The notes under the pieces: generated by a model
Told to the model about the DNA's origin: nothing
Database searches by the model: none
Seen by the model: the letters and a program-made list of their open reading frames with translations, nothing else
Program-made: the position numbers and the translations under genes
From: Flavobacteriales bacterium
GTDB taxonomy: Bacteria; Bacteroidota; Bacteroidia; Flavobacteriales_D; Sanyastnellaceae
Length of the DNA: 64,000 nucleotides
Assembly (NCBI GenBank): GCA_029242765.1
Contig: JAQWTJ010000004.1
Span: 72-64,071 of the forward strand
Direction: 5' to 3'
Shown: positions 47,356 through 55,482 of the stretch, one piece after another
How positions within the stretch are numbered: the first letter of the stretch is position 1
Layout of the letters: each line of letters begins with the position of its first letter

Positions 47356-48407
47356 GAGAGGTCGCGGACTTCGCCCATACGACTGTCACGGCGCTTCAAT
47401 ACGCATACGGCGAGGAATTCTCCGGCTAAGCCGCGCCCATAAGCGATGAGTTGCGTGAAGGCTGCACGCACGGAAAGCAAGGCAACCCAAGGGCTTCGGG
47501 TTTGCCACAGGGCGTCAAAATAAACGGCCAACGTAAAAAGAATGGCGGGTGCAAGCCATAGCGCAGCCAAGCTAGGCAACAAGGGCACAAAGGCCAGCGC
47601 AACCAAGACCGGAAGCAGCGAAAGACAGTACAGCCAAAATAAGGTGGGGATGACGTGGATGAGCTTTAGCTGATCGGGGTAAAACGAGGCGACATTGATG
47701 CGGGCCGTGCCGAAAAACCGCAATTGCGTATAAAACTGGCCAAAATCTGTTCTGCGCTTGTGAAAAACAAAGGCGGCGGAAATCAAGGCGGTTTGGAAGC
47801 CCATTTCAATGATGCGCTTGCTGAATTCAATGTCCTCTCCTTTCACCGAAATGCGGTAGCCACCCGTGGCTTCCCAGACTCGGCGCGAAATGCCCATATT
47901 GAAGCTTCGCGGATGGTATGTCCCGATGTTCTTCTCTCGACCTCTGATTCCGCCCGTGGTGAAGAACGACGTCATGCTGTAAGAAATGGCCTTCTGCACA
48001 TCGGAGAAATCCGGGTGGGCCGCATCGGGGCCGCCGTACACATCAACGTCCGGGTGGGCATCCAAAAAGCCCGCCACTTGAGCGAAGTAATCGGAAGGAA
48101 TAATGCAATCCGAATCGAACACCACAAGCATCTCGCCCTCGGCGCGCTCAAATCCGTAATTGCGCGTGAATCCTTGGCGAGAATTGGGTTTAAAGAAGTA
48201 GCGCACTTTTAGGCGGCCTGCAAAACTCTCCACTATTTCTCGCGCATCAAGCGTCGAACCGTCCTCCACCACCAGCACCTCAAAGTCTGTGAAGGTCTGG
48301 AGCGTCAGGCTCTCGAGCAGCTCCCGAATTTCCTCGGGGCGATTGAACAAGGGAATGACAGCTGAAAATCGCACGGCATCAAAGGTAGCCGCTGGATGGT
48401 GGTGCAT
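47352..48407 (-). CDS. family 2 glycosyltransferase with C-terminal TM segments
   Basis: The ATG at 48407 gives ...FSAVIPLFNRPEEIRELLESLTLQTFTDFEVLVVEDGS and VVFDSDC. Hydrophobic C-terminal helices follow. Confidence 0.8.
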   Translation of the reverse strand: MHHHPAATFDAVRFSAVIPLFNRPEEIRELLESLTLQTFTDFEVLVVEDGSTLDAREIVESFAGRLKVRYFFKPNSRQGFTRNYGFERAEGEMLVVFDSDCIIPSDYFAQVAGFLDAHPDVDVYGGPDAAHPDFSDVQKAISYSMTSFFTTGGIRGREKNIGTYHPRSFNMGISRRVWEATGGYRISVKGEDIEFSKRIIEMGFQTALISAAFVFHKRRTDFGQFYTQLRFFGTARINVASFYPDQLKLIHVIPTLFWLYCLSLLPVLVALAFVPLLPSLAALWLAPAILFTLAVYFDALWQTRSPWVALLSVRAAFTQLIAYGRGLAGEFLAVCVLKRRDSRMGEVRDLS

Positions 48408-48602
48408 CTGCAGGAGGGGGTGCGTAAAGTTCACCTTGTGATTTTTGCCACTATCCCAGCCGATTCCCCTCCTCGATTCCTCTTCCCTTGGGAGTCTAAC
48501 TATCACGGACAACCCTTGCAGGCTTCGTAGGAGAGCATCCACTGGACTGATTATTTTAATACAGACGAACCCTATCTTTCTGCGCTCAAACCACGCCGAC
48601 CC

Positions 48603-49877
48603 ATGATCACCGCTGACGCCCCCATGCTGGGGCTCCTCCTCGCTTGCCTTGCCATCGTCTTTCACACTGCACGCCTCGAGCGCTTTGCCAAGTTCTACCG
48701 CGTGGTGCCCGCCCTGCTTATGGCCTACTTCCTGCCAGCTATTCTCAACTCAACCGGCATCATTGAGGCCAGCCACGACAGCCAGCTGTACTACGTTGCC
48801 TCACGCTATCTGCTGCCAGCGAGTTTGATTCTGTTTTGCCTGAGTATCGACCTGAAGGGCATCATCAACCTGGGCCCGAAGGCCTTGATTATGTTTTTTA
48901 CAGCCACAGCGGGCATCATGATCGGTGGACCCCTGGCTTTGTGGATCGTATCTAATTTCCGTCCCGACGTCCTCGGGGGTGACGCACCAGATGCATTGTG
49001 GCGCGGCCTATCCACTGTGGCAGGGAGCTGGATTGGCGGGGGTGCGAATCAAACAGCTCTCAAGGAAATCTCTCACGTTGCAGACGACCAATTCAGCGTC
49101 ATGATTATCGTGGATGTTTTCGTCGCCAATTTGTGGATGCCGTTTCTTTTAATCGGCGCGGGTATCAGCGCAAAAATTGACAGTTGGCTCAAAGCGGACG
49201 CCTCAGCAGTAGAGGAGCTGAAGAAGAAAGTGGAAGACTATCAGTCCTCAATCGCCCGCATTGCCAGCTTCAACGACTTGATGGTGATGCTCGGCGTCGT
49301 GTTCGCCGTTGTGGGGGCCGCCCATTTCTTCGGCACAGGGCTTTCCACATGGTTCGAAGGGTGGATTGAGGCCTCGGTAAACGACAACCCCAACAGCATC
49401 CTCAAGTACCTCACAACCCTTTCAAGCGGCTTTTTCTGGCTCGTCACCCTGGCTACTGCAGGCGGAATAGCACTCAGCTTCACTCCTATGCGCACCTACG
49501 AAGGGGCGGGTGCGAGTAAATTGGCCAGCGTCTTCCTCTATGTGCTTGTGGCCACCATTGGAATGAAAATGGATATTGGTGAATTGATGGACAGCTGGGC
49601 ACAATACTGGCCGGTGCTACTCATCGGTTTGTTGTGGATGATGATTCACGTTGTGATCCTATTGAGCGTTGCAAAGATCATTCGCGCACCGTTCTTCTTT
49701 GTCGCAGTAGGTAGTCAGGCCAATGTTGGCGGTGCCGCATCCGCTCCTATCGTAGCGAGTGCTTTCTCCCCGGCCCTCGCCCCTGTTGGGGTACTTCTTG
49801 CTGTGCTCGGCTACGCCGTAGGCACTGTAGCTGCCGTGATCTGCATGGAAATGATGCACGCTATTTCGCTGGTGTAA
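48603..49877 (+). CDS. DUF819-like integral membrane protein
   Basis: A 424-aa protein with more than 10 TM segments. The N-terminus (LGLLLACLAIVFHTARLERFAKFYRVVPALLMAYFLPAILNSTGII) resembles YjcL/DUF819 proteins. Confidence 0.6.
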   Translation: MITADAPMLGLLLACLAIVFHTARLERFAKFYRVVPALLMAYFLPAILNSTGIIEASHDSQLYYVASRYLLPASLILFCLSIDLKGIINLGPKALIMFFTATAGIMIGGPLALWIVSNFRPDVLGGDAPDALWRGLSTVAGSWIGGGANQTALKEISHVADDQFSVMIIVDVFVANLWMPFLLIGAGISAKIDSWLKADASAVEELKKKVEDYQSSIARIASFNDLMVMLGVVFAVVGAAHFFGTGLSTWFEGWIEASVNDNPNSILKYLTTLSSGFFWLVTLATAGGIALSFTPMRTYEGAGASKLASVFLYVLVATIGMKMDIGELMDSWAQYWPVLLIGLLWMMIHVVILLSVAKIIRAPFFFVAVGSQANVGGAASAPIVASAFSPALAPVGVLLAVLGYAVGTVAAVICMEMMHAISLV

Positions 49878-49958
49878 TCAGGCACATCATTCGGCGCCAG
49901 GCATTTGGAGGCTTAAACTCGCGTTAAACGCCAGCCGATAATCTTCTGAAATCCGGAT

Positions 49959-50540
49959 TCAACGGGCCAAAAAATGGCCGGACAAGACGCGTTTGGCCTT
50001 CAAGTAGTCTGCGTTCTCAGGATGATGGCCCACATCGATTGGTAAGCGGCCTACAACTTCCACCCCGAAGCGTTGTAATCCTTCCACTTTATCGGGGTTG
50101 TTCGTCATCAATCGCACCTTTTCCACGCCCAGTTCAGCGAGAATTTCAGCCGCTGGTCGGTAATCACGAGCATCTTCAGGGTGGCCCAGTGCTGTATTTG
50201 CAGCAAACGTATCAAGCCCTTGCTCCTGCAAGTTGTACGCCTTCAATTTTTCGACCAATCCGATGCCCCGCCCTTCTTGACGCAAGTACAACAAGAGACC
50301 ACCATGCTCGCTGACATGTGCAAGGGCCGCATCGAGCTGCGCACCACAATCGCAACGCGTTGAACCAAATACGTCTCCCGTCATGCACTCGCTGTGAATG
50401 CGCACGTCAAGAACGCGCGAAGCCGGAGACGCTTCCCCATGTAAAACAACATGGGGAAATACGTCTCCGGCTTTACCGAAGGCCATCACGGTGAAACCGC
50501 CATGGCGCGTAGGCAATCGCGCTTCAGCTAGTTTTTTCAT
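49959..50540 (-). CDS. ribA: GTP cyclohydrolase II
   Basis: VRIHSECMTGDVFGSTRCDCGAQL (zinc Cys triad), LYLRQEGRGIGL, AYNLQEQGLDTFAAN and LMTNNPDKV. Confidence 0.9.
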   Translation of the reverse strand: MKKLAEARLPTRHGGFTVMAFGKAGDVFPHVVLHGEASPASRVLDVRIHSECMTGDVFGSTRCDCGAQLDAALAHVSEHGGLLLYLRQEGRGIGLVEKLKAYNLQEQGLDTFAANTALGHPEDARDYRPAAEILAELGVEKVRLMTNNPDKVEGLQRFGVEVVGRLPIDVGHHPENADYLKAKRVLSGHFLAR

Positions 50541-50564
50541 TGGCGCAAAGGTAGCGCGCGCCGT

Positions 50565-53500
50565 TCATTCGCAAGGCTGTCCGAAGGCGCCCAGTAGTAA
50601 AAGCAAGTCACCCACAGAATTGGTGCCGTCGCCGTTGATGTCAGTGGGGCAGCTCGAAGTGCCGCTCAGTTCACAACTGCCGTCATCCTGGTTGGCTGTA
50701 GGGTCATAGTTGTCTGCCGCCTCGTACGTGCAGCCCAAAACAATCGGCGTTGCACAGCTTCCATCATCGATTCCAGCGAATGGATCGTATTCTGCACTGA
50801 AGGGGTCGGTGCAACCCTCACATGCTGAGCAACTATTAAAGCAAACGACGTCCTCCAATACAGTACCAGTCAAGACAAGCGTGCGATTGAATCCACCCTG
50901 GCCGTTGTCTGCGCCACACTCGCCTGGCACAACCTCTTGACCATCCCAAGTATTGCCATTGATATACAAGAACTGATATGATCCGCTGGACAACTGCATG
51001 CTGTACTCATATATGCCCAAGCCAGGTGTCGTCAGTGCCGTAGCTCCAGGGTCCCATCCTTGGAAGGCTCCTGCCACGTGCACCCCTTCAGCAGCAACCG
51101 TTTGATTGCTCATGTCCACTCGTATGGTCACGTTGTAGACACATGAACCATCATCCGTTGCCGCATCTTCATCGTAATTCACCGCATCCGTGTCGGTGCA
51201 ACCTACAGCTGCGTCACATGCCCCACACTGATTGTAGCATACAGTTGCAAGCGCCACTGCGCCCGCCACATCTAAGGCTCTATTGGTATAGCCACCAATG
51301 GTGGTGGTGCAGGGAGCTCCTTCTGCAAACTCTTCCTGATTGGTCCATCCATCCAATGTGAATTTGTATTCAATGGTACCCAAGGCCAAAGGCACGGTCA
51401 ATTCATACACTGAATTGCCCACATCGGTCAATTCTGAACATCCGCCGCACCAGCCATTGAATGTCCCGTTCAGATTGACGGTGCCATATCCGCCGGTGTA
51501 CAATGACATGTCCACACTGAAGGTGACGTCGTATTGGCAAGTTCCGTCGTCTTCAGTTGCTGCGTCGTTGTAATTCGCTGCCTCTGCATCCGTACATCCT
51601 GACACAGGCCCACCGGAATCACACGCGTCACACTGACCATAGGTGTCTGCAGGATTTGCTGAACCCACCTCCCACTGACGGTTGGCGTAGGACGAATAGT
51701 CCGTAAGAGGCGCACAAGCACCGCCGTCGATCATCGCCTGGATCAAGCTCTCCTGAGCACCATTGACGACCCACAGGTATTCCATGTTGTCTGTAGGCAC
51801 TGGGTCAAGAACCGCGGACCACGTGCCGTCTCCGTTGTCCGTAGCCTCAGGGCCTCCATTGGGATCCCAGCCCCACCAAGGACCGGTCATTCTAGCGGAG
51901 GTTATATCGGTGATACCGCTGCAAGACACATCAAGCGAAACAGTCAACCCAGAAGGAGCCGCACACGCGTCACACTCATTGTAGCAAACCGTTGGAAGCA
52001 CTTCTGTAGCCGCCACGACCAAGCTTCTGTTGGTATAGCCCTCAATGGTGCTGGTACAGGAAGTTCCCTCTGCAAACTCTTCCTGATTGGTCCAGCCGTC
52101 CAATGTGAATTTATATTCAATCGTGTCCTGTGTCACAGGTATAGTCAATTCATACACTGAATTGCCCACATCGGCCATTGCAGCACATCCGCCGCACCAG
52201 CCATTGAATGTCCCGTTCAGATTGACGGTGCCATATCCGCCGGTGTACAATGACATGTCAACACTGAAGGTGACGTTGTACTGACAAGATCCGTTGTCTT
52301 CAGTTGCAGCGTCATTGTAGTTCAATGCTTCTGAGTCCGTACAGCCCGACACAGGTCCACCGGTATCACACGCGTCGCACTGACCGAACGTGTCCGCAGG
52401 ACTTTCCGAACCTGCCGCCCACTGACGGTTGGCGTAAGATGAGTAGTCCGTTAAGGGTGCACAAGTGCCGCCGTCTATCATCGCCTGGATCAAGCTTTCT
52501 TGAGTACCATTGACGACCCACAGGTATTCCATGTCAGCTCCAGGTGCCGGATCAAGGACCGCGGACCACGTGCCGTCTCCGTTGTCAGTGGCCTCAGGGC
52601 CTCCGTTGGGATCCCAGCCCCACCAAGGACCGGTCATTCTAGCGGAGGTTACATCGGTGATTCCGCTGCAAGACACATCAACCGAAACGGTCAACGAAGG
52701 GTCTACAGCGCCACACGCATCACACTCATTGTAGCAAACAACTGAAAGCACTTCTGCACCCGCTACATCCAAGGTTCTGTTGGTATAGCCACCAATGGTG
52801 CTGGTGCAGGAAGCTCCTTCCGCAAACTCTTCCTGATTGGTCCAGCCGTCCAATGTGAATTTATATTCAAAAGTGCCCAAGGCCAAAGGCGTGGTCAATT
52901 CATACACCGAATTGCCCACGTCGGTCATCGCAGCACAATCGCCACACCAGCCATTGAATGGACCGTTCAGGTTTACCGTGCCATATGCACCCATGTACAT
53001 TGACATGTCCACGCTAAAGGTGACATTGTATTCACAAGATCCGTTGTCTGTAGTCGCGGTGTCGTCATAGTTGGCTGCTGTGTTATCTGTGCAACCAGAA
53101 TTTGCTGCGACTTTAGAACACGTTCCATCCGTCGAACATTCCGCGAAGCACGTCGAAATCGTTGTGTTTTCTGTAATGTTCAACAACTGCCGGTCGTTGT
53201 AATTGCCGGGGTCACCACACGGCAAACCAGCCAAGTTCTCTTTACAGGCCCAACTGGGACAATTGCCATTGGTGAACGCGTAGTACCCGGTATAGTCGTA
53301 TGGGAGTGTTTTAGTAATCGTCCAGATGTCATCACCATCCGTGTCGTCCATTGGATTGGTGCCTGGGACTCCAAAATCCAAACCACCTGCCAAAAACACA
53401 CCGTCGGGAGACGTGGTCTCATTGGCCATGTTCACCTCGAAGGTGACATCCACTGTAGTCGGAGCGGCCTCTTCCACCACAATCGTGCCCACCATACCAT

Positions 53501-53846
53501 TTGCCGCATGGGATCCAAGGCTGCAATCGTAATTGTAACTGCCCGGGGTATTCAACGTCACTGTTCCCATGCAAACACCACCAGCAGCGCCTGAATTCGC
53601 TGCCAACGCAAACGTTTCAGGATTGGTCCAGCTGTCACCGAGAGAACTGGTTACACCATTGACATTATGGTTGCCGCCTTCATTAAAAAAGGCTATGGAC
53701 TGGCCAGCGGTAATTGTGAGGGTCTGAGGGTTGAAGTAAAAATTTCCAGCAAGGACCGTATGGTCCGCGCCCGTACAGTCTTGAGCTTGGACAAAGCCAA
53801 AGGAAAAGACCGTGATGCAAAGCAGCAATAAGTTGCGCATAATCAT
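50565..53846 (-). CDS. secreted protein: N-terminal cupredoxin + about 7 CBM20/48-like beta-sandwich modules + Cys mini-modules + dockerin-like C-terminal tail
   Basis: Signal peptide MIMRNLLLLCITVFSFGFVQAQ. Type-1-copper-like ligands are GGNHNVNG...YDCSLGSHAANGMVGTIVV. Repeated modules read NGxFNGW...YELT...EYKFTLDGW. The product ends CPTDINGDGTNSVGDLLLLLGAFGQPCE*. Confidence 0.75.
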   Translation of the reverse strand: MIMRNLLLLCITVFSFGFVQAQDCTGADHTVLAGNFYFNPQTLTITAGQSIAFFNEGGNHNVNGVTSSLGDSWTNPETFALAANSGAAGGVCMGTVTLNTPGSYNYDCSLGSHAANGMVGTIVVEEAAPTTVDVTFEVNMANETTSPDGVFLAGGLDFGVPGTNPMDDTDGDDIWTITKTLPYDYTGYYAFTNGNCPSWACKENLAGLPCGDPGNYNDRQLLNITENTTISTCFAECSTDGTCSKVAANSGCTDNTAANYDDTATTDNGSCEYNVTFSVDMSMYMGAYGTVNLNGPFNGWCGDCAAMTDVGNSVYELTTPLALGTFEYKFTLDGWTNQEEFAEGASCTSTIGGYTNRTLDVAGAEVLSVVCYNECDACGAVDPSLTVSVDVSCSGITDVTSARMTGPWWGWDPNGGPEATDNGDGTWSAVLDPAPGADMEYLWVVNGTQESLIQAMIDGGTCAPLTDYSSYANRQWAAGSESPADTFGQCDACDTGGPVSGCTDSEALNYNDAATEDNGSCQYNVTFSVDMSLYTGGYGTVNLNGTFNGWCGGCAAMADVGNSVYELTIPVTQDTIEYKFTLDGWTNQEEFAEGTSCTSTIEGYTNRSLVVAATEVLPTVCYNECDACAAPSGLTVSLDVSCSGITDITSARMTGPWWGWDPNGGPEATDNGDGTWSAVLDPVPTDNMEYLWVVNGAQESLIQAMIDGGACAPLTDYSSYANRQWEVGSANPADTYGQCDACDSGGPVSGCTDAEAANYNDAATEDDGTCQYDVTFSVDMSLYTGGYGTVNLNGTFNGWCGGCSELTDVGNSVYELTVPLALGTIEYKFTLDGWTNQEEFAEGAPCTTTIGGYTNRALDVAGAVALATVCYNQCGACDAAVGCTDTDAVNYDEDAATDDGSCVYNVTIRVDMSNQTVAAEGVHVAGAFQGWDPGATALTTPGLGIYEYSMQLSSGSYQFLYINGNTWDGQEVVPGECGADNGQGGFNRTLVLTGTVLEDVVCFNSCSACEGCTDPFSAEYDPFAGIDDGSCATPIVLGCTYEAADNYDPTANQDDGSCELSGTSSCPTDINGDGTNSVGDLLLLLGAFGQPCE
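51204..53096 (-). repeat. about 2.5 tandem copies of a ~750-bp coding repeat inside the 50565..53846 gene
   Basis: Protein aa 251-500, 501-749 and 750-~881 are near-identical. Antisense shadow ORFs recur at 51340, 52087 and 52837 (offsets 747 and 750 bp) and at 51763 and 52510. Confidence 0.85.
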
Positions 53847-54057
53847 TGATTATAAATTGATTAAATCCTAGTGAGTCTAAAGATAGCACGAGAGAGTGTA
53901 CAACATACACCCCCACCCCAAACCAAGAGTGAAATTGAATAAATGCATCAGGTAAATCCACAACCCCAGAACTCTTTACAATCAAGGCAGGCACAGAGTT
54001 ACGATGCTCCACCCTAGTGCTTTTGCACGTTCACAAACTTTCCTCTATTTCCATCAC

Positions 54058-55419
54058 TCAAGATGACCGTCTCATGTCCTGTGGACGGATAATGAGGTTG
54101 AGCAAAGCCGCCAAAACAAGACTAACTCCGGCCAGCGTCATGGTGTTGATAGCCTCTGTTCCGAGAAACGTTTTGTAGGCCCAATTGACGCCTCCTAGCG
54201 CTGCTACAATTTGGGGGATTACTATGAACATATTGAACACGCCCATGCCGACCCCCATTCGCTGAGGGTCTAGTGCTTCCGACAACATGGCATATGGCAT
54301 GGACAAGATGCTGCCCCACGCAAAGCCAATGAGGACAAAGCTCACGTTCAACATTGAAGAAGTCTCCGGCGTCCAATACGCCATACTGATAAAGCCCGCA
54401 GCACCCAACGCAAGACTCACCAAATGAACAAGCCGCTGATCAATGCGGCGGCTTCGCGTCCATAAGGTGAGCAACAAAGCGAAAACCATGCTGCTCAAGC
54501 CGTATACGCCCATGGCGCTGGAAACGGCATTGGCCGCATCATTGTAGGCCCCATTCAAGACGGAAAAATTGGCCGCATCCTCCAGAGGCATCGGGGCCCC
54601 AAAAACATGCTCGGTCAAAGCGGGTGTCGCGAATGCCCACATCGTAAAGAAGGCAAACCAACTGAAGAACTGGATGAGCCCCAATTTGCGCATCACCACG
54701 GGCATGCCTTCCACGGCTCCAATCAACTCCTTCATCCCATTGAGCAGCCCCGCCGTGGCTCTTTTCTGCTTCTCAAAAACGGCCAGGTCCTCCGGCGGAT
54801 TCTCATCTGTAGTCAGAATGGTCACCAAGATGGAGGCCATGAAAACAAAAGCTCCGATCGCAAAAGCCACAAACACACTCGGCGGCAACTCACCCGCAGC
54901 CGCCTCATTGGACACGCCCAACTTTGTCACCATCCAAGGTAAATTCGACGCAATCCAGGTTCCGATGCCGATAATCAGGGTCTGCACTACAAAGCCATAT
55001 GATCGCTGCTCAGGCGGCAATTTGTCCGCCACCAAGGCCCTGAAGGGTTCCATGGAAATGTTGATGCTGGCATCGAGAATCCACAAGAAGCCCGCTGCCA
55101 TCCACAACTCCGCGCTGTAGGGCATAAAGAACAAAGCCAAGGTGCTGAGCACAGCACCGAGGAAAAAATACGGGCGACGGCGCCCCCAGCGCGGGGACCA
55201 GGTGCGGTCGCTCAAATGACCGATAATCGGTTGGACAAGCAGACCGGTCAACGGCGCTGCAATCCAAAGCATAGGGATTTCGTCCGTGGACGCTCCAAGC
55301 GACTGAAAGATGCGGGACATGTTGCCCCCTTGAAGAGCAAAACCGAATTGAATCCCCAGAAACCCGAAACTCATGTTCCAGATTTGACGGAAAGAAAGGC
55401 GGCGAACAGGTGCAGACAT
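54058..55419 (-). CDS. MFS sugar transporter (GPH/SLC45-like)
   Basis: FGFLGIQFGFALQGGNMSRIFQSLGA...PLTGLLVQPIIGHLSDRTWSPRWGRRRPYF is typical of SLC45-type disaccharide/H+ symporters. About 12 TM segments. ATG at 55419. Confidence 0.8.
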   Translation of the reverse strand: MSAPVRRLSFRQIWNMSFGFLGIQFGFALQGGNMSRIFQSLGASTDEIPMLWIAAPLTGLLVQPIIGHLSDRTWSPRWGRRRPYFFLGAVLSTLALFFMPYSAELWMAAGFLWILDASINISMEPFRALVADKLPPEQRSYGFVVQTLIIGIGTWIASNLPWMVTKLGVSNEAAAGELPPSVFVAFAIGAFVFMASILVTILTTDENPPEDLAVFEKQKRATAGLLNGMKELIGAVEGMPVVMRKLGLIQFFSWFAFFTMWAFATPALTEHVFGAPMPLEDAANFSVLNGAYNDAANAVSSAMGVYGLSSMVFALLLTLWTRSRRIDQRLVHLVSLALGAAGFISMAYWTPETSSMLNVSFVLIGFAWGSILSMPYAMLSEALDPQRMGVGMGVFNMFIVIPQIVAALGGVNWAYKTFLGTEAINTMTLAGVSLVLAALLNLIIRPQDMRRSS

Positions 55420-55482
55420 AAGGCTCAATATAGGCCCGTTGGTGTGCCTTCTACACCTCGCTCATCCACAACGTGCGGCCGT

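Noticed and set aside
51204-53096. Regularly spaced repeats that might suggest a CRISPR array or a duplicated mobile element.
   Set aside because: The period is about 750 bp, with no short repeat/spacer structure. The repeats are in frame within one long ORF and encode complete protein modules. No transposase or inverted terminal repeats were seen.
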